Positions 31,456-53,325 of a DNA stretch of 64,000 bases are shown here, in pieces. A program made the translations under genes and the position numbers. The notes beneath the pieces are model-generated. The model saw only the letters and a list, made by a program, of their open reading frames with translations. It was not told the DNA's origin and searched no databases. The stretch comes from the human T2T-CHM13v2.0 reference genome, Homo sapiens, in the NCBI RefSeq assembly GCF_009914755.1, contig NC_060925.1; one strand, 5' to 3'. Position 1 is the stretch's first letter. The number at the start of each line of letters is the position of its first letter.

Positions 31456-32278
31456 CTGTGGGGAGAGAGGAGAGGCTCACCTTTTAGGGGCCTTTGGGCA
31501 CCTCTCTCACACCCTCCCCATAAGACAGTTGGAGCAGGCTGATTTGTGACTTGCTTGGGGTGGGTGTGTTGGGGGGTGCATCTGCCTGGTGCCCGGGTGT
31601 CTAAGAAAGTGCCTTGAAGGAGACGGTAGGCGGTGCAGCCCTGAAAGATGAGGGGGTTTAGGGAGGAGAGGGAGAGAGGCAGTGGCCTGCCCCTGGGAGT
31701 CCTGTTCCTAGCTGTGGCCCCACCTTGTTGAGTCAGCAGGTCTGGATCAGGCTCCCCACGTCTCAGCTCTTCAGTCCCAGAATGCCCAGGGGCAGCTTCT
31801 CCCCAGCCCCCTACCCAACAAACATCCTGCTACTGGCTCCGGTTGTCTCTGTTTACTTCACTTTTGGCCTTTTGTCTACCCTGTTGACAGCTCATCAGAG
31901 TCACTGGGACTGTACCCCTGGCCAAGCACAGGCCAGACCCCATCACTCATGTCCTGGGAAGTAGGAGCCATTTCCCTTTTTGCCCTATCTACCCACCGTA
32001 TCTAGTGCTAGATAGGTCTTCATTTGCCCAATTTCTGCCCCACAGCAATGAAAGAGAGCAGGGGCAGCTGCTTCCCTCTACAGAATGGTCAGCAGCCTGG
32101 GAAGACAGAGGCTCTGGAGTAAGGTCCAGGAGGCTGTGATTTCCTCCTGGCTCAGCCCCCTTACAGGCTGGGTGACCCTGAGCAAATGGCTTAACCACCC
32201 TGAGCCTTAGATTCCTCAATTGTAAAATGGAAATAACAGCTTCTTCAAAAGCCAATCAAGGTTGGGTATAGTGGCTCA

Positions 32279-33455
<1,177 letters not shown>

Positions 33456-35777
33456 GGAAAGCAAAAAGCTGGGGCTCAAAGCTCTCTGCATTAGGCACCG
33501 TACTCATCTGCCCTTCTGGAAGACTCCCATACCCCTGTCCCCTCAAGGGAACCCCCTCTGCTGTGAGAAGGAGGAATAGAAAAGGAGACTGCCCTCCCCG
33601 CTCTGTGTGATGTATCCCCTTCTTCAGGACCCCCCACTCCCCTCACAGGGTCCGGCTATCTCATTCAGCCTCGTGGATTCAGACTCTCTGTGCACCTCCA
33701 TATCCCAGCCCAGATTGGACCCCTTCTCTCTGCTCCCCAGTTATTAACCGAAGTGGGGGAGATAGGAGACAGCACCCCTCTGAAAGGAAGACGTGCAGAG
33801 CAGGGGGCCTCTCTGGATGGGCTCCAGGTCTAAGCTCCACACACCCACCTCACCTGGCCTGATCTGCCGCCCTGTCCTGGAGTAGAGCCAGGGATGCACT
33901 AGGCGGGGGTGAAAGGGCCCTCTGCCAGGTAGCAGGATTTCCCTGCCCCTGATCTGGCCAACTCCCTGGACCTCCTCCAGACCTGGGTTCCTAGAGAAAC
34001 AAATCCTCTTTCCCCTCAGTGCCAAAGCATACCTACCCTACTGCAAACAGAAGAGAGAGGGAGAGAGGAAGCCTTGCCCCTGGGGAGCCCAGGACCCCCA
34101 TTGTTGGCTGCTGAACTCTTGTGTCTAGGAAGAAATGACAGGTCCCCAAGTCTTATTGAGATGGACCCTTGACTAGAGCTAAGAGGGGTGTGCCAGGACC
34201 GAAGTTCCTGCAGAGGCAAGGCTGGGTTCAGAGGAGACATCCTTTCAGCGAGCCCCTGGTGCCTGTGGAGCTGAGGGCCCAGCTTAGCCGGCCTTAGCTG
34301 GCTCAGGACTGTGTTTGTCTAATGGATCTGTTTTTAATCTGCCCCCTGCAGGGCCTGAGGAGGGCACGTGGCTCAGAGAGACCCTGCAGGGAGGACAAAC
34401 AGACTGAAGACAGACAGCAGGATTGGGGCCTTGAATCTTACTCTTCAGCTGGGGCCTGGGGGTGTACCAGACCACCACCTCATCCACTGAGGACAGGGGC
34501 CAGAATCCAGAGAAGATGAGGAGGGAGTGGCATCTAGGCTTTCCAAAGAGAAAATTTCTTTTTGTCTTTAAGTTTAGCAAGGACAGAGCAAGAAAGACTG
34601 ATATGACTCCAAGAAGTATTGTGGTTAGATCGCAGGAAGAACTAACGGCAAGGACTGATGGAGATCCCTGCTCTCTCTGCAGCATTCCAGACCTGTCTTA
34701 GATCCAGACTCACTCCTATAGTCCAGGGAGAGGGGTGCCTTCCCTCCCTCCCCTCTCGCCCAACCCAGCCGAACTACCGTCTCTCTGTTGAGTGCAGGAA
34801 TTGAAGGCAGCAGGCCTGCCCTTACGCTCCCAGTGGCTGGGGTCCTTAACTAACGTCCATCTCTCCCCCAGAGTCCTCTCCCAGTCACCAGGTCCTGGCA
34901 CTCTCCCCTGCCCCAGATGTCTAGCCCAGTTGGCCCAGAGGGCACACAGAAGGTGGGCTGGAAAAGTGGGAAAGGCAGTCTGGATTGACTTAGTTTTCCC
35001 CACCTTTGACCAACACACCCAATTGGGCTGCAGCCGATCTATGGTCGGGGGAGGTAGGTGGGAACCTAGATTTTTGGAAATGTGGGATTGGGGTTTCACA
35101 CGAAACCATTTGTTGAAATCCAAGAAAGTGATAATTATCCCTAGCGATTTTAGAACTCTGGAGCTGCTCGCTGTATGAAAATACTTGTCTCACAGATGGG
35201 GGGTGGGGAGAGCAGAGTGGAAAGTGCAGAGGGGGAGGAAAGTGGGGCTCAGGGGGCGCTGGGGCAGCAGATCACCTCGCAGGCAGAGCTGGGCGCCGAG
35301 GGGTAATGAGCCTGCCCTGGGGATTGGGTTACCGAGGGGGGCACCGGGAAGGAGATTGGAATGTCTCCGAGCGGCTGGGCAGGGTAGGGAACCGGGCTCC
35401 CAGTCTGGATGCAGGGTTCGTGGCTCCACCAGCCCGCAGCTTCTGAACTGCAGAGAGCCAGGTGCCTCGGCCCGCCGAGTCCGGCCGCTGAGGCCAGCCT
35501 CCCCTTCCCCCAGAGGCCAACCTCGCGCTTCTGGTTTCTACGTGATTCACAGGCCGTGAGTCACCGCAGTGTTGGCACCGGTGGGCCCCCGCAGGAGAAA
35601 GCGGGATTTAGGCGTCGTGCCCAGAGCCCCGGGACCCGGACGCCTGGCACGTTTTTCGGGGATGCAGGCACCCAGTGTCTCACGCCCTGATTGTGGTCCC
35701 GCTGTCTTTCTCATCCCCAACTTCGAGGACTCCAGAGCCCCCCCTTGCCCCACCTGGGCCCTCGAACATTTCCTTAC

Positions 35778-35847
35778 CCAGCACTTTGAGCAATTCCTCG
35801 AAGTTTTCCGATCGGATGATTTTCCAGTTGCCAGAGAAGTTGGGCAT
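35778..35847 (-). CDS. CRABP2: CRABP2 exon 1 (coding part)
   Basis: gccgccaccATG Kozak context at 35847; encodes [23 protein letters not shown] (FABP/iLBP family signature); donor G|gtaagg; 70 nt. Total CDS is 417 nt = 138 aa. Confidence 0.98.
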
Positions 35848-35979
35848 GGTGGCGGCGCGGGAGGCGGTCCCCGTAGACTCCTAGGCTGGAGCACTGGACA
35901 CTGTCTTTTAGTCAAAAGAGACGTCGCCGTCGCCGGGTCGTCAGGTTCTGGAACCAAGACAAGTCCAGGGACAACCCCA

Positions 35980-36090
35980 AAGCTGGCCTGGGCTCCCGCG
36001 CGGACAGCTTTTATACCCTGTACGGAACCGCCCCTGCCCAGGATTGAAGTGGCCCCGCCTCCCGCTCCGCCCCCCCCCACCTGGGGGGCC
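35980..36090 (-). promoter_or_regulatory. CRABP2: CRABP2 core promoter (TATA box, GC boxes) within CpG island ~35250-37300
   Basis: TATAAAA on the minus strand at 36015-36009; GGGCGG boxes at ~36028 and ~36067; TSS expected near 35984. Confidence 0.85.
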
Positions 36091-36522
36091 CTGCGCCCCC
36101 GCCACCAACCTCTGGATCTAGCCCGCGTGTGGGTCCAGGCTTCTCTGGGGACCGAGATAGCCTTCTCCTGCGCTAGTAAGTGGATGGGGAAGCGGACGCA
36201 AAGCCAGCACTTGAATCGCGCTCTCCGCAGAGGCGGGGGGAGCTAGCTGCGGGCGCAGATGCTCAGGGCTCGTGTATGGCTGTCCCCCACCCGAGTTCCT
36301 CACGTCTCGCCTGTTCCCCACCCATCCCCAACCTGACTCGGTGCATTCAACTCCTTGGTGCCGGACACCTGGCGACCCCACCCGCAGGCGGACCCCAGAT
36401 CTTGAGCCGTAGCTGGCCCTAGCTCCATTGAACCCTGAACTGGATCCAGTGGGACCACTCCGTACTCAGAGAGGGGCTTGGGAGCTGCGGGGTTCCGGGG
36501 GTTAGGGATCTAAGTGAGGCAA

Positions 36523-36540
36523 CGGCGCCCCCTGCTGGAA
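36523..36540 (-). promoter_or_regulatory. CTCF motif upstream of CRABP2
   Basis: Minus strand TTCCAGCAGGGGGCGCCG, a near-perfect CTCF consensus. Confidence 0.7.
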
Positions 36541-36709
36541 CAACTCGGAGAGGCTGGGCGGGGGCGGCACGGTCCCCCCACCCCTCCACCCTGCTTCGGG
36601 CTCACGTAATGCCTGGGGACTCTGGAAGTAGTCGCCAGGCGACTCGCTCCCCTTAATGCGCTGGGCGGACATTGAAGGGTTAAGCAGGAGCCCAGGGCGC
36701 GAGGCTGGG

Positions 36710-36722
36710 AGGGCAGAGGTCA
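36710..36722 (+). promoter_or_regulatory. CRABP2: DR1 nuclear-receptor element AGGGCA-G-AGGTCA
   Basis: Direct repeat with a 1-nt spacer ~0.7 kb upstream of the CRABP2 TSS; resembles the mouse Crabp2 DR1 RARE as I recall it. Confidence 0.65.
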
Positions 36723-39700
36723 CAGCCAATCACTTGACGCAAGGTCTTTATTAAAACGCTTTCTCTGTCGCTTCACTCCCGAGACCCCGAGGGGGTCTCA
36801 GTAGGGGGAAGGGAGGGAGGCGGGGACAGAGGCGCGGAGCCCTGGCGAGCTGCGCCACCACCTAGATAGGCGGGAGGATGGGTGCCGGGGGAGAAGGCGG
36901 AGCAGGGTCTCAGGTGTCACCATCCTGAGCTGTAAAACGGGCGGAAGGAGCGACCTCCCCTCCCTTGGAGAGCGGCTTTGAAACGGGAGATCAAAGAGGG
37001 TGGGAGGAGGGCACGGCTTCCTGCAGAGACCCGAGTGGGAGTGGGCGAGACCCCAGTGGAGATGGCAGGGAGACGGAGAAACAGAAACGGAGGTCAGGCG
37101 GGGAGCCTCGGGGACAGGCCTGGGACCCGAGGCCGGAAACCGCAGAGGAGCGAAGCCTGGCTGGATGCAGTGATTGGAGCCAAAGGAACCGTCCCGGCCT
37201 GTCCAACGCGGGGGGGCCTTCGGCCCGGTGGCCCTGAGCGAACCGATGCACGTGGCCCCGCCGCATCCCATCCCCCACCCTCCCCAGACTCTCCCTCCCA
37301 GCTCCTTCTGAGGCGGAAAGAAAAACCCTACATCTGGTCCCAGCCCTGGGTCCCTGCCCTGGCCCCTCCTCGCCAGCGTGGCCAAGGGTGGAGCAGGCAG
37401 TCGCTCTCAGATCTCTGAGCCCTTATGTTTAGAACCTAGGGGCGATCTAGGGAGTTGGGAGCTTTGGTGGGAGCTGGGGAAGAGTCTGGAGGAAGATGAC
37501 CAAAGGAGAGGGGCCAGAGTGACCTCAGCATTAAGAACTGAAGGCTGGAGAATGTACTGGGGGGTCGGGCCTCCGGGTTGCAGAGAGGGAAATCTGCAGA
37601 AATGGGTGGGTGAGAAAATAAAGCAGCTGGGCTGACTGGGCAGCAGGAGGGATGGAGATTCCACTGCATAGGACTTCTCTATGGGGCCCCGCCCGCAATA
37701 GCCAACAAACTGAGATTTGAATACTTCAGCCTGGGTTTAGGGGTCCAGGTTTTGTGTGGGAGAGCTTACTTGGGGGTGTTTGGGAGGCCTGGGCTTCTGC
37801 AAGGAAGAGGGCAGCAGGTCAAGGAGCTCTCTGAGGAAGGACAGACAAAAGCAGAGATGGTGGAAGGAAGCGGGGTGGGGCGGGGTGGGGGGTTCCCTGG
37901 GAAGTGCTTAGGGCCTGGGGTTGCAGGCACAGCCCCAGCTCCTCCCCCATCCTCCCTGCTCAGCAATGCTGTAGGTAAAGGAGGGGGATTAGGCTCTGAC
38001 AGTGAAATCAGGCTCCTGGCCAAAGGGATGAGGAGAGGCTAGAGGAGGGAACATGGTGGAAACCAGATTCCTGCTGCCCCTCCTTCCCTTCACTGCCCCC
38101 TGCCTCCCCCACCCAGGTCATTTCGTCCATCTCCATGCCACCAGCCCTCTTGAGCCCCCAGCTGGAAGCGCCCAGCCTCCTGCTCAATAAGCATCCCTCC
38201 TCCTGCACGACAAAAGGATCAGTGCACTCTCCCCCCTAGCCTTGTGAGTGACTAAAGATGTTAAAACCTCACCCAAAAGGTCACCAGGATGCAGGGACAG
38301 TCATAGGAGGGGGTGATTGGCCCCTCGATGCTAGAGCAGGGGAGCACAGGCTGGATGGCTTGGCTGAGGCTGCTGGGGAGGCTGGAGCCAGGCAGTGGGG
38401 CTCCCTGGGGTGGGGGCAGGGAGACCTGGGCCCACTCCCCTCTCCTCACTTCCCCACTCCCTCCACCAGCCAACTGGCCATGATTTCCAAAGAGACAGAA
38501 GTAAGACAAAGGGAAGTCGGGCTGGGAGAGGAATTCTTTCCAGATGTGAGCATTTGCGGTTTGGCAGCTCTGGGCCTGAGCTCCAGCTCCAGCCCCAGCA
38601 CCCTAACCCTGGCTGAGGGAGGTGGGTAGGGGGTCTAAGCAGGGTGCTGAATAGCTGAGGCCGAGGTCTCAGCCTCTAGCAGCCCTGTTACCCCAGGGAG
38701 CAGCAGGCACGGAGGGTTCTTAGGGAAGATGCTAGGGAAGGGGACTCGGGGAGGTGGAGGGGTAGGAGATGAGAGAGTGGAGGGGCCTGGGGAAGGGGAC
38801 TAACCAAGGAGGATGGAGATGCCTAGAGGCAAGGAGCAGGGGCTAGGACCCTGGAACCAGGCAATGGGGAGGAGCTGCAGCCTTCATCAGCCACTCAGTC
38901 ACAAACAACTGGCTTTAATTTCCCGCTGGGATCAATAAGGAGAAGGAATTTCCCAGTGCCTCTGGCCTTTTAATTATGACCTAATCTGCTACAGATCTGC
39001 CCAGGGTGACCCTTTGCAGGAGCTTTGGTCATAACCCTCTTGGGGCCCCCCCAGGAATCTGGAGACTCAGTGAGGGGAGGGTGCAAAGTTGATGAGAAAA
39101 GCTGGGGGGGCAGAGGTGGGATAGGTAGGGGTGGAGTGAGGAGGAAACAAGCTCGAGAGACTTAGGAGAGCAACATTCTGGGACTTTGTTCCATGGTGGT
39201 GTGGCTAAAAGGAAGGTGGCTGGTCTTACACCTGAAGGAATAGAGATGGGCAGGAGAGGGCTCCTGGATGGTGAAGAGTGTGAGTGGGTGTAGATGTGTA
39301 TATAACTGAGGCGTCTAGGACTTGGGGAGAGGAGAACCCCCTCCCCTTTCCATTACTTCTTGAGGCTAGCAGGGAGAAGGAGTGACCACCCAGCCCAGCC
39401 GCTGGAGAGGGAAAGGTTGACTGGGGATGGGAAGTGTGGGAGAGTGATTAAGCCCCCACCCTCACCCCTAACCGGGACCATGGAGATTCTCTGGCCAAAT
39501 TCAGCATTTGGAGAAGAACCTCACCCTGGGCAGTGTTATTGTATCTGCTGGGTCAGAGAGTTTGTTGGCTGGAACGCATGTAGAAATTAAACCCAGGTGG
39601 GGCTAGACACCTGGATCTCTGCTACTCCGCATAGGGGCAGCAATGAATTCAGGACTTCTACGGAATGCAGGGAAGTCTGAGAGTAGAAGAGAGGGGCTGG

Positions 39701-41626
39701 GAGCAGCTGGGGCAAGAGAGTTCTGTCTCCTGGCCACCCTGAGCCTTCAGGATTCCACTTAGCACAGAGCACAGACTCAGGCAGGTTGCCCCCCAGTCTG
39801 GCCTGATCCTTGGTACAGAGAAGAGTGCTGCTTTCTTTTCTCTCTGGGTTCAGGGGCCCAGCCCTTTTCAAGTCTGAGAAGGCCAGGCTCTGATTTGCCC
39901 CAAATGAAATTGTCCTCACAGCAGGATAAATAGGAGTTAGGCCTGAAAAAGGTTCCCAGCAAACTGAAGTGCAAGCAGGGAGAAGGGTCAGAAATCTAGA
40001 AAGGAGGCAACTCATTTCCCAGAAACATTTGCATGCAGGAGAGAGATCGTGAAAACTAGGGATGATTAGGGTAGAGAATCCTGAGTGACCTGGGTAAAGG
40101 GGCAGCTGGACCCAAAGGCAGGGGATGACAGTAACCTCCAGGGCTAGCCCTGAGGCCTAGCAAAGAGAGGCAGATGTGGCCCAGTAGGGTCAGGACCACA
40201 GACTGGGAGGAGGGGGCTGACCAGGATTACAGTCAGATAAGGAGAGGGTCTGCGCAGCATCCAGGTGGCCAGGCGGTGCCTCTGACTGTGACAAGAGGCA
40301 TTATAGGCAGACCAGGGAGGATCTGCACAGCGCCAAGGCGGTGCCTCTGTTGTTCTTGGCTCTGCCACCTCATTCCCAGCTCCAGCTGCCAACGCTTTCC
40401 TCAGGGCTGGGCTGGGCTGCTGAGCCGCGGGAAGGGAGAGGGAGGAGGTGGGGATGCACTGGTTGAGGACTTGTCCAGACTGGGTTTCAGTTCCCTGGAT
40501 GGAGAAGTCAGTCTACGCCATGACTTGACCTACAGTTAAACTCCTCTTGACTTTTAAGATCCAGTTTTTAGGGCTGGACCCCTCCACCACTCCCACCCTT
40601 CACCCTGCACTGGCTTCTTAACCCCTGGCAGCCCAGGGCAGGAGGCCAAAGGTGTAGCCATGGCAAGTTTGGCAAGCTGAACACATGCGTTCACGTGGCA
40701 CCTAGGAGAAGTGGCCAGCCCTAGACAAGGTGCACAACCAGCATGCAGCCTCCAACCCTGCCACTGTGGTCCAGGGCACTAGACCTGGGGAACACAGGCT
40801 ACGTCTCAGATGCCTCCTCTCCCACCCTCTGAGGATGGGAAATAGAAGATCCAGGGTCTGGGCACCTTCACCTTCCCCCCACCCCCTGGCACTGAGATGA
40901 TCTGGAGTTTCTGGAGGAAGAAGGAAAAGGTTGGGTGGGGAGTGTGCTGCAGGCAGGGTGGTCACTAGGCCAGATAACTGGATTCTGGGATTGAAGAGGA
41001 AAGAGGCAAGAGGAGAGGAGAAAGGCAAGGTCCTGGAGAAGAGGAGACTGAGAGGGGTGCAGGTCTGGGTTTTGAGGTTCTAGGTGGGGACAGAAAGAGG
41101 ATTTTGGACTCACTGTCCCTAGGAGGCAGGGTAGGAGGGGCTAATGGCTCAGCTTCAGGAAGGGGGTCAGCTAGCTTGCGCAGAACTCCTCTCCAAGGCT
41201 CCTTGCGGCTCCCATTTCCCTCCTCTCAAGTCTCCAAATGCAGCTCTTGTCTCCAGACAGTGGGACCCAGCAGTCTATCCCCCAGCCTGCTTCCTAGGGA
41301 CCTGTGGAAACCAGCTCTCTTAGGAGTTCCAGGGAGGAGGCTGGGGTCCCAGAAGTTGAGAAATAAGGACCAGCTTCCCCATCCCCTGGGCCCTTCCTGC
41401 TGCAGACCAGACCCAGGACTGACGGCCGGGCAGGCCCTTTCCTTGGGGCCAGTGAGTCAGACTCCCGGGAGATAGTCAGAGGTGTTGGGGGATTTGAGCA
41501 GAATAAAGGAGGGCCCCAGGAGCCCAGATTCCTGGTCCCCACCCCCACCCTCCCCTCTTGAACTGGCAGGGAATTAAGAAGGGATACAAGAGTTCAGAGT
41601 CTGGCCTCTTAGCCAGGCTAGGGCCT

Positions 41627-41643
41627 TGTCCTTCCAATGACCC
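41627..41643 (-). promoter_or_regulatory. CRABP2: DR5 retinoic acid response element GGGTCA-TTGGA-AGGACA
   Basis: DR5 about 5.65 kb upstream of the CRABP2 TSS, matching the far-upstream human CRABP2 RARE as I recall it. Confidence 0.85.
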
Positions 41644-42211
41644 CCCACCCCCACCCCTCCTTATAGCAGGGCTGAGAGATGGGCGGGCGGGGGAGGCCCC
41701 AGACTGACCTAGTCCTAATGGTTTTCTCTGGGCAGCATGAACAAAATGGGAAAAAGATGTGTGAGGTGGGAAGCTCTGATTTCCTTTCCCCTGCAGGCGC
41801 CAGCTCTGGAAAATGTTAGCTGTCAAAGAGAGACTGAACAGTCTCCCACCTCCCCCTGCCCAGTACTCCTACCCCATCCCATCCTCCAGGGCCCCCCAGC
41901 CTGCCCGGATTCCCAAAGGGCACTGAGCTAAGGCCTGTGAATTTCAGAGTGAGCCAGGCTGAGAATGCAAACCCGTCTCAGGAAGCCCCCAACCTCTCCC
42001 TGCCTGTGATTCCTCTAACAACCTGGAGCTAGGCATCCAAGTGGGTGCTTTGGAACTTGAGGATCCACAGGGACACATCCCTGGGGGATCAAAGGAGCCA
42101 GCAGCTCCTGAATTTCACAGCTGCCAAACTCCTGCCACAGTCTCAGCGCCCTAAATCCCAGAGCTAAGGGACTGTCAGTGCCAGGTTTCCAGGTTTCCAG
42201 ATGATCTGGGT

Positions 42212-42522
42212 ATTTGTTTGTTTGTTTGTTTGAGACAGTCTCACTCTGTTGCCCAGGCTGGAATGCAGTGGCACAATTGTAGCTCACTGCAGCCTCAAAC
42301 TCCTGGGCTCAAGTGATCCTCCCACCTTAGCCTCCTGAGTAGTTGGGACTACAGGCATGCACCACCATGTCCAGCTAACTTAAAAATTTTGTTTTTTTTA
42401 TAGAGATGGGGTCTCGCTACGTTGCCCAAGCTGGTCTCAAACTCCTGGCCTCAAGCAATCCTCCCACCTCGGCCTCTCAAACCGTTGACATTACAGGCAG
42501 ACATGAGCCACTGCACCTGGCC
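42212..42522 (-). mobile_element. AluJ-like
   Basis: Reverse Alu with a (TTTG)n tail; TSD-like tgatctggg/ctattt on both sides. Confidence 0.9.
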
Positions 42523-43499
42523 TGATCTGGCTATTTGGTGGATCAGTCTTCCCACTGAGCCCATAGTAACTATCCTAGAGAGGGAGCCCGCCAGATCCAG
42601 GACACTCACTGGGTGCACCTTTCTTGTTGCTTGAGGGCACTTATGGTCTCTGTGGGCCAAATCTCCTCATAAGCTATCTGACCGTCAGGTGCTGGTCTCC
42701 CAGGAGTCCCAGGGAATTGATTCCAAAGCTGGGAAGAGGCAGTCCCTGCGGTAGAGTGGAGAGAGAGAGAGAGAGAGCGCATGCATGTGCACATGTGGCT
42801 GAGGAAGCCACCAGAATACTCTGCCCTTGCCCCAGTCCTGGCCCCATCGTTCTCACCTGAACTCCACCCTCCTACAATTCAGGAAACCTCCCCAAGAACT
42901 ACCCATTCTGCCCGCCCAGCTGGGAGAGCCAGCCACAGCCCTGGGTCTAGCAGTGCTGGCTGGATTGTCTGCCTCTACCTCCCTATCGGCCCTGGTGTGG
43001 GTTCCCTCTCCCTCCCCAGCTCCCAGGGCAGGGACAGTCAGTTGCCTTCTTCCTCCTTCAGTTATGGTTTGGATCCCTTTCATGAAATCTTTCCAAAGAA
43101 GCGACCAAGCAAGATTCCACAGGGTGCAAGGGAGTAAAGGACCTGACTTTTAAGGAAGCTGCCTCTGGCCTCGGGGAACCAGATGATTGATGATTTACAT
43201 TTCTGGTGCAGCTATGAGCTCTGGCAGGCAGGGTCAGGGTCACAGGCGTGGGCCTGGGAAATGAGTGGCACTTACTCTGGGCCCAGCACTGTGCAAGAGT
43301 TTCCATATGGTGTCCTGGGTGTGTCTGATTCCAAAGCTTTGCTTTTAAACACTTCAGAATGGAATTTGGTTGAGCCTGGAAGAGGATTAAGGTGTGCTTG
43401 TCCTTCCATGCCAAATTCTTAAAAACACCTTCTCTCTCCACACTTCCCCACCTCTCCAAATCCTATGCATTGTATGTACCCTTTGAAAGAAAGCATAGA

Positions 43500-45189
<1,690 letters not shown>

Positions 45190-46287
45190 TCCCCCAAATT
45201 CTTTAAGGCTCATGCCATGTGCTCATTGTGTCTTCTCCTCCTTTGCTGCATCTGCGCAGCTCAGGTCACTGCATGTCTAGCTCAGCTCCCAATCTTTCTC
45301 TGCTTCTAATCCTGCAGCCACCAATGCACCTTCAATGCTTACTCAACATGGATGCCAACTACTTTGTCTCCATCCTGTTTGACACTGGCCTCTGGACCCA
45401 CATCCCGTCCTTCCATTGTAGCCTACACAGCCCAACCATGTAAACTCTCCCTTTCTACATTTGGGCTGCTAAGTGATCCTTTTTTTAAAAGAAAAAAAAA
45501 TCACAACCAGCTTGCAGTGCCCCTGCAAATTCAGTTTCTGACAAATCAGGAACTCAACATTGTTCGGCAGCCCTTCCTTAAGTTCTTGGTCAGCTCACTC
45601 TCCTGTTCTTCTTGAAGCCCTCTCCAAGCTGTCTTTATTCTTTTCAAGTTCATGACCCATTGGCTTTCCCCTCACTCAGCAGACCACTCTGCCTCCAACT
45701 GAATGAGGTCAAGGTCTCTAGGTGATAATCACTTTATTCCACCACCACTCAGAAACATATTTATCTGCCCTTACCCTTTCCTCTTTCCTTTCTTTCCCAG
45801 AAGATAAGGTGTCCTTACTGCTGGCCAAGGCTAAGCTTGGGATCCCTCCTGTCTGCACTTTCACGATCTACTGTAGCATTCATTCACCTGCCCCTTGCCC
45901 AGCCACATTATGATCCACTGGCTCTATCCCTCAGTATCTTCAGGCCTCTGCTCCTATAGCGACCGTCACCTGCTCCCTCCAGAACCAAGAAAGAGCAGTC
46001 CACACCCACTTCTCTCCTTCCCCACTTCCAGTTTATCCTCCAACCCACTGCAATTGAGCTTTTTGTTACCTTCCCAACTCCCACCCCAGACATTGTGCAG
46101 AGGAAGGGCTACAACAGACCCCTTTGTTCGTTCTTACCTTACCTTACTGACTTCTCCATGAAGTCTGATCTCCTTCCTGGAAAGTCTCTTTCTTGATTGT
46201 CCTCTTACCTGTCTTGTAGCTCTCTCTTAGGCCTCTCTACCTCCAGAAGCTTGTAAGTCCAGGTGTTCCCCAAAACTCTGATTTTGA

Positions 46288-51314
<5,027 letters not shown>

Positions 51315-52640
51315 TGACAAAGTTAGTTTTGTTTCAGCCAGTAAGTACCCTAATGAGAATATTGTCGTTATCTTCATTTACTGATTACAATGTAGTTAAG
51401 AATCGCTTGCATGTGTGTATTCTTACCAGTTTCTGTTGCGGCCTCCTTGCACTATTCTTAGTTCTTGCTGTGCAAGGATACCTGGCACCCCTTTGTGAAG
51501 TCATGGACATTAAATATGTTGGGCCCCACAGGAACCAATTTGCTCAGAGCACAATGGCTGCCTGTGCAACAGACCCCACAGTGCAGGCCTCAACAAGACC
51601 ATGTCTGGGTCTGGTCTGGCTGCACGAAATTCACTTCTATAGGCAGCTGTGACCGTGACTCTGGCCCCTGGAACCAGACCAGCCACTCAAGAATGCAAAA
51701 GTCCTTGTGTAGACATGGAGTCTGCATTCTCTCAAGAAAGTGCAGATAATGATCCTGGACACAAGGTCAGACTGGTGACTCTTTCCCAAGATGGGGTGTG
51801 TACCACCAAAAGCTGGCAGCAGGACCAGGCTGTCATCACCAAGCACCCTTTCTCCCCTGCTCTGCCCCTCCTTCATGCCCACTCTCTCTATCTCACTCTC
51901 CTGGTCACATACCCTGTGTGTGTCAGGGGGAGTTGCATGGCTTGGGGTGTCATTTTAGGTGTGCTCATTCCTTTTTTTTAAAATTGAGATGGGGTCTATT
52001 TTGCCTGGGCTGGATTTAAATTCCTGGGCTCAAGGAATCATCATGCCTTAGCCTCCCGGGTAGCTGGGATTACAGGCGTGAGCTGCCATGCTCAGCTCTG
52101 ATGTGTGGTAGGGATGAGGACAAGGAACCATATGTGTCACGTGGGTTACGCACAAAGGCTTGGTCAGTTCTATGACTTCCAGGAAGGGCCCCAGTTAGTG
52201 TCATCCAGTGAACCTGGAAATCCCCTAAGAAAACTACAGCTCCACAATACTTTGTGATAGAGCTATTTAACATAAAGAAGAAACTGTACATAATTGCTTT
52301 TCCATTATAAAAATTTATCAAGGGAATAATTTGAGTTTTTAGAGGCTTGGTTTAGCAAGGTAAAAAAGACAACCAAATTATTAAAACACTTTATAAATTA
52401 TTTTAAAACCTACCAACTGGGGCCTAAATGAAATAAACCCCCTATTACCTTAGGAAAGAGACAGCTTTCCTAAATCACAGAAGTTGGTTTCCAAGCTACA
52501 CTCTTACTTCTAATGCCTTGGAACCCTAAGGAGAACTAAAGCTCACCAGCGATGGCTGCTCTGGAAGTCAAGGTGGGAAGAACAGGCAATATCCTGACAC
52601 AGGCTAGATACAGACTCTGAGCCAAAAGCAGACTCTGTGA

Positions 52641-53325
<685 letters not shown>

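Noticed and set aside
35185-37420. Overlapping 120-225-aa ORFs at the CRABP2 5' end
   Set aside because: Stop codons are depleted in a CpG island; there is no coding signature apart from CRABP2 exon 1.
40661-40690. p53/p63-like half-sites
   Set aside because: The half-sites are out of register and mismatched.
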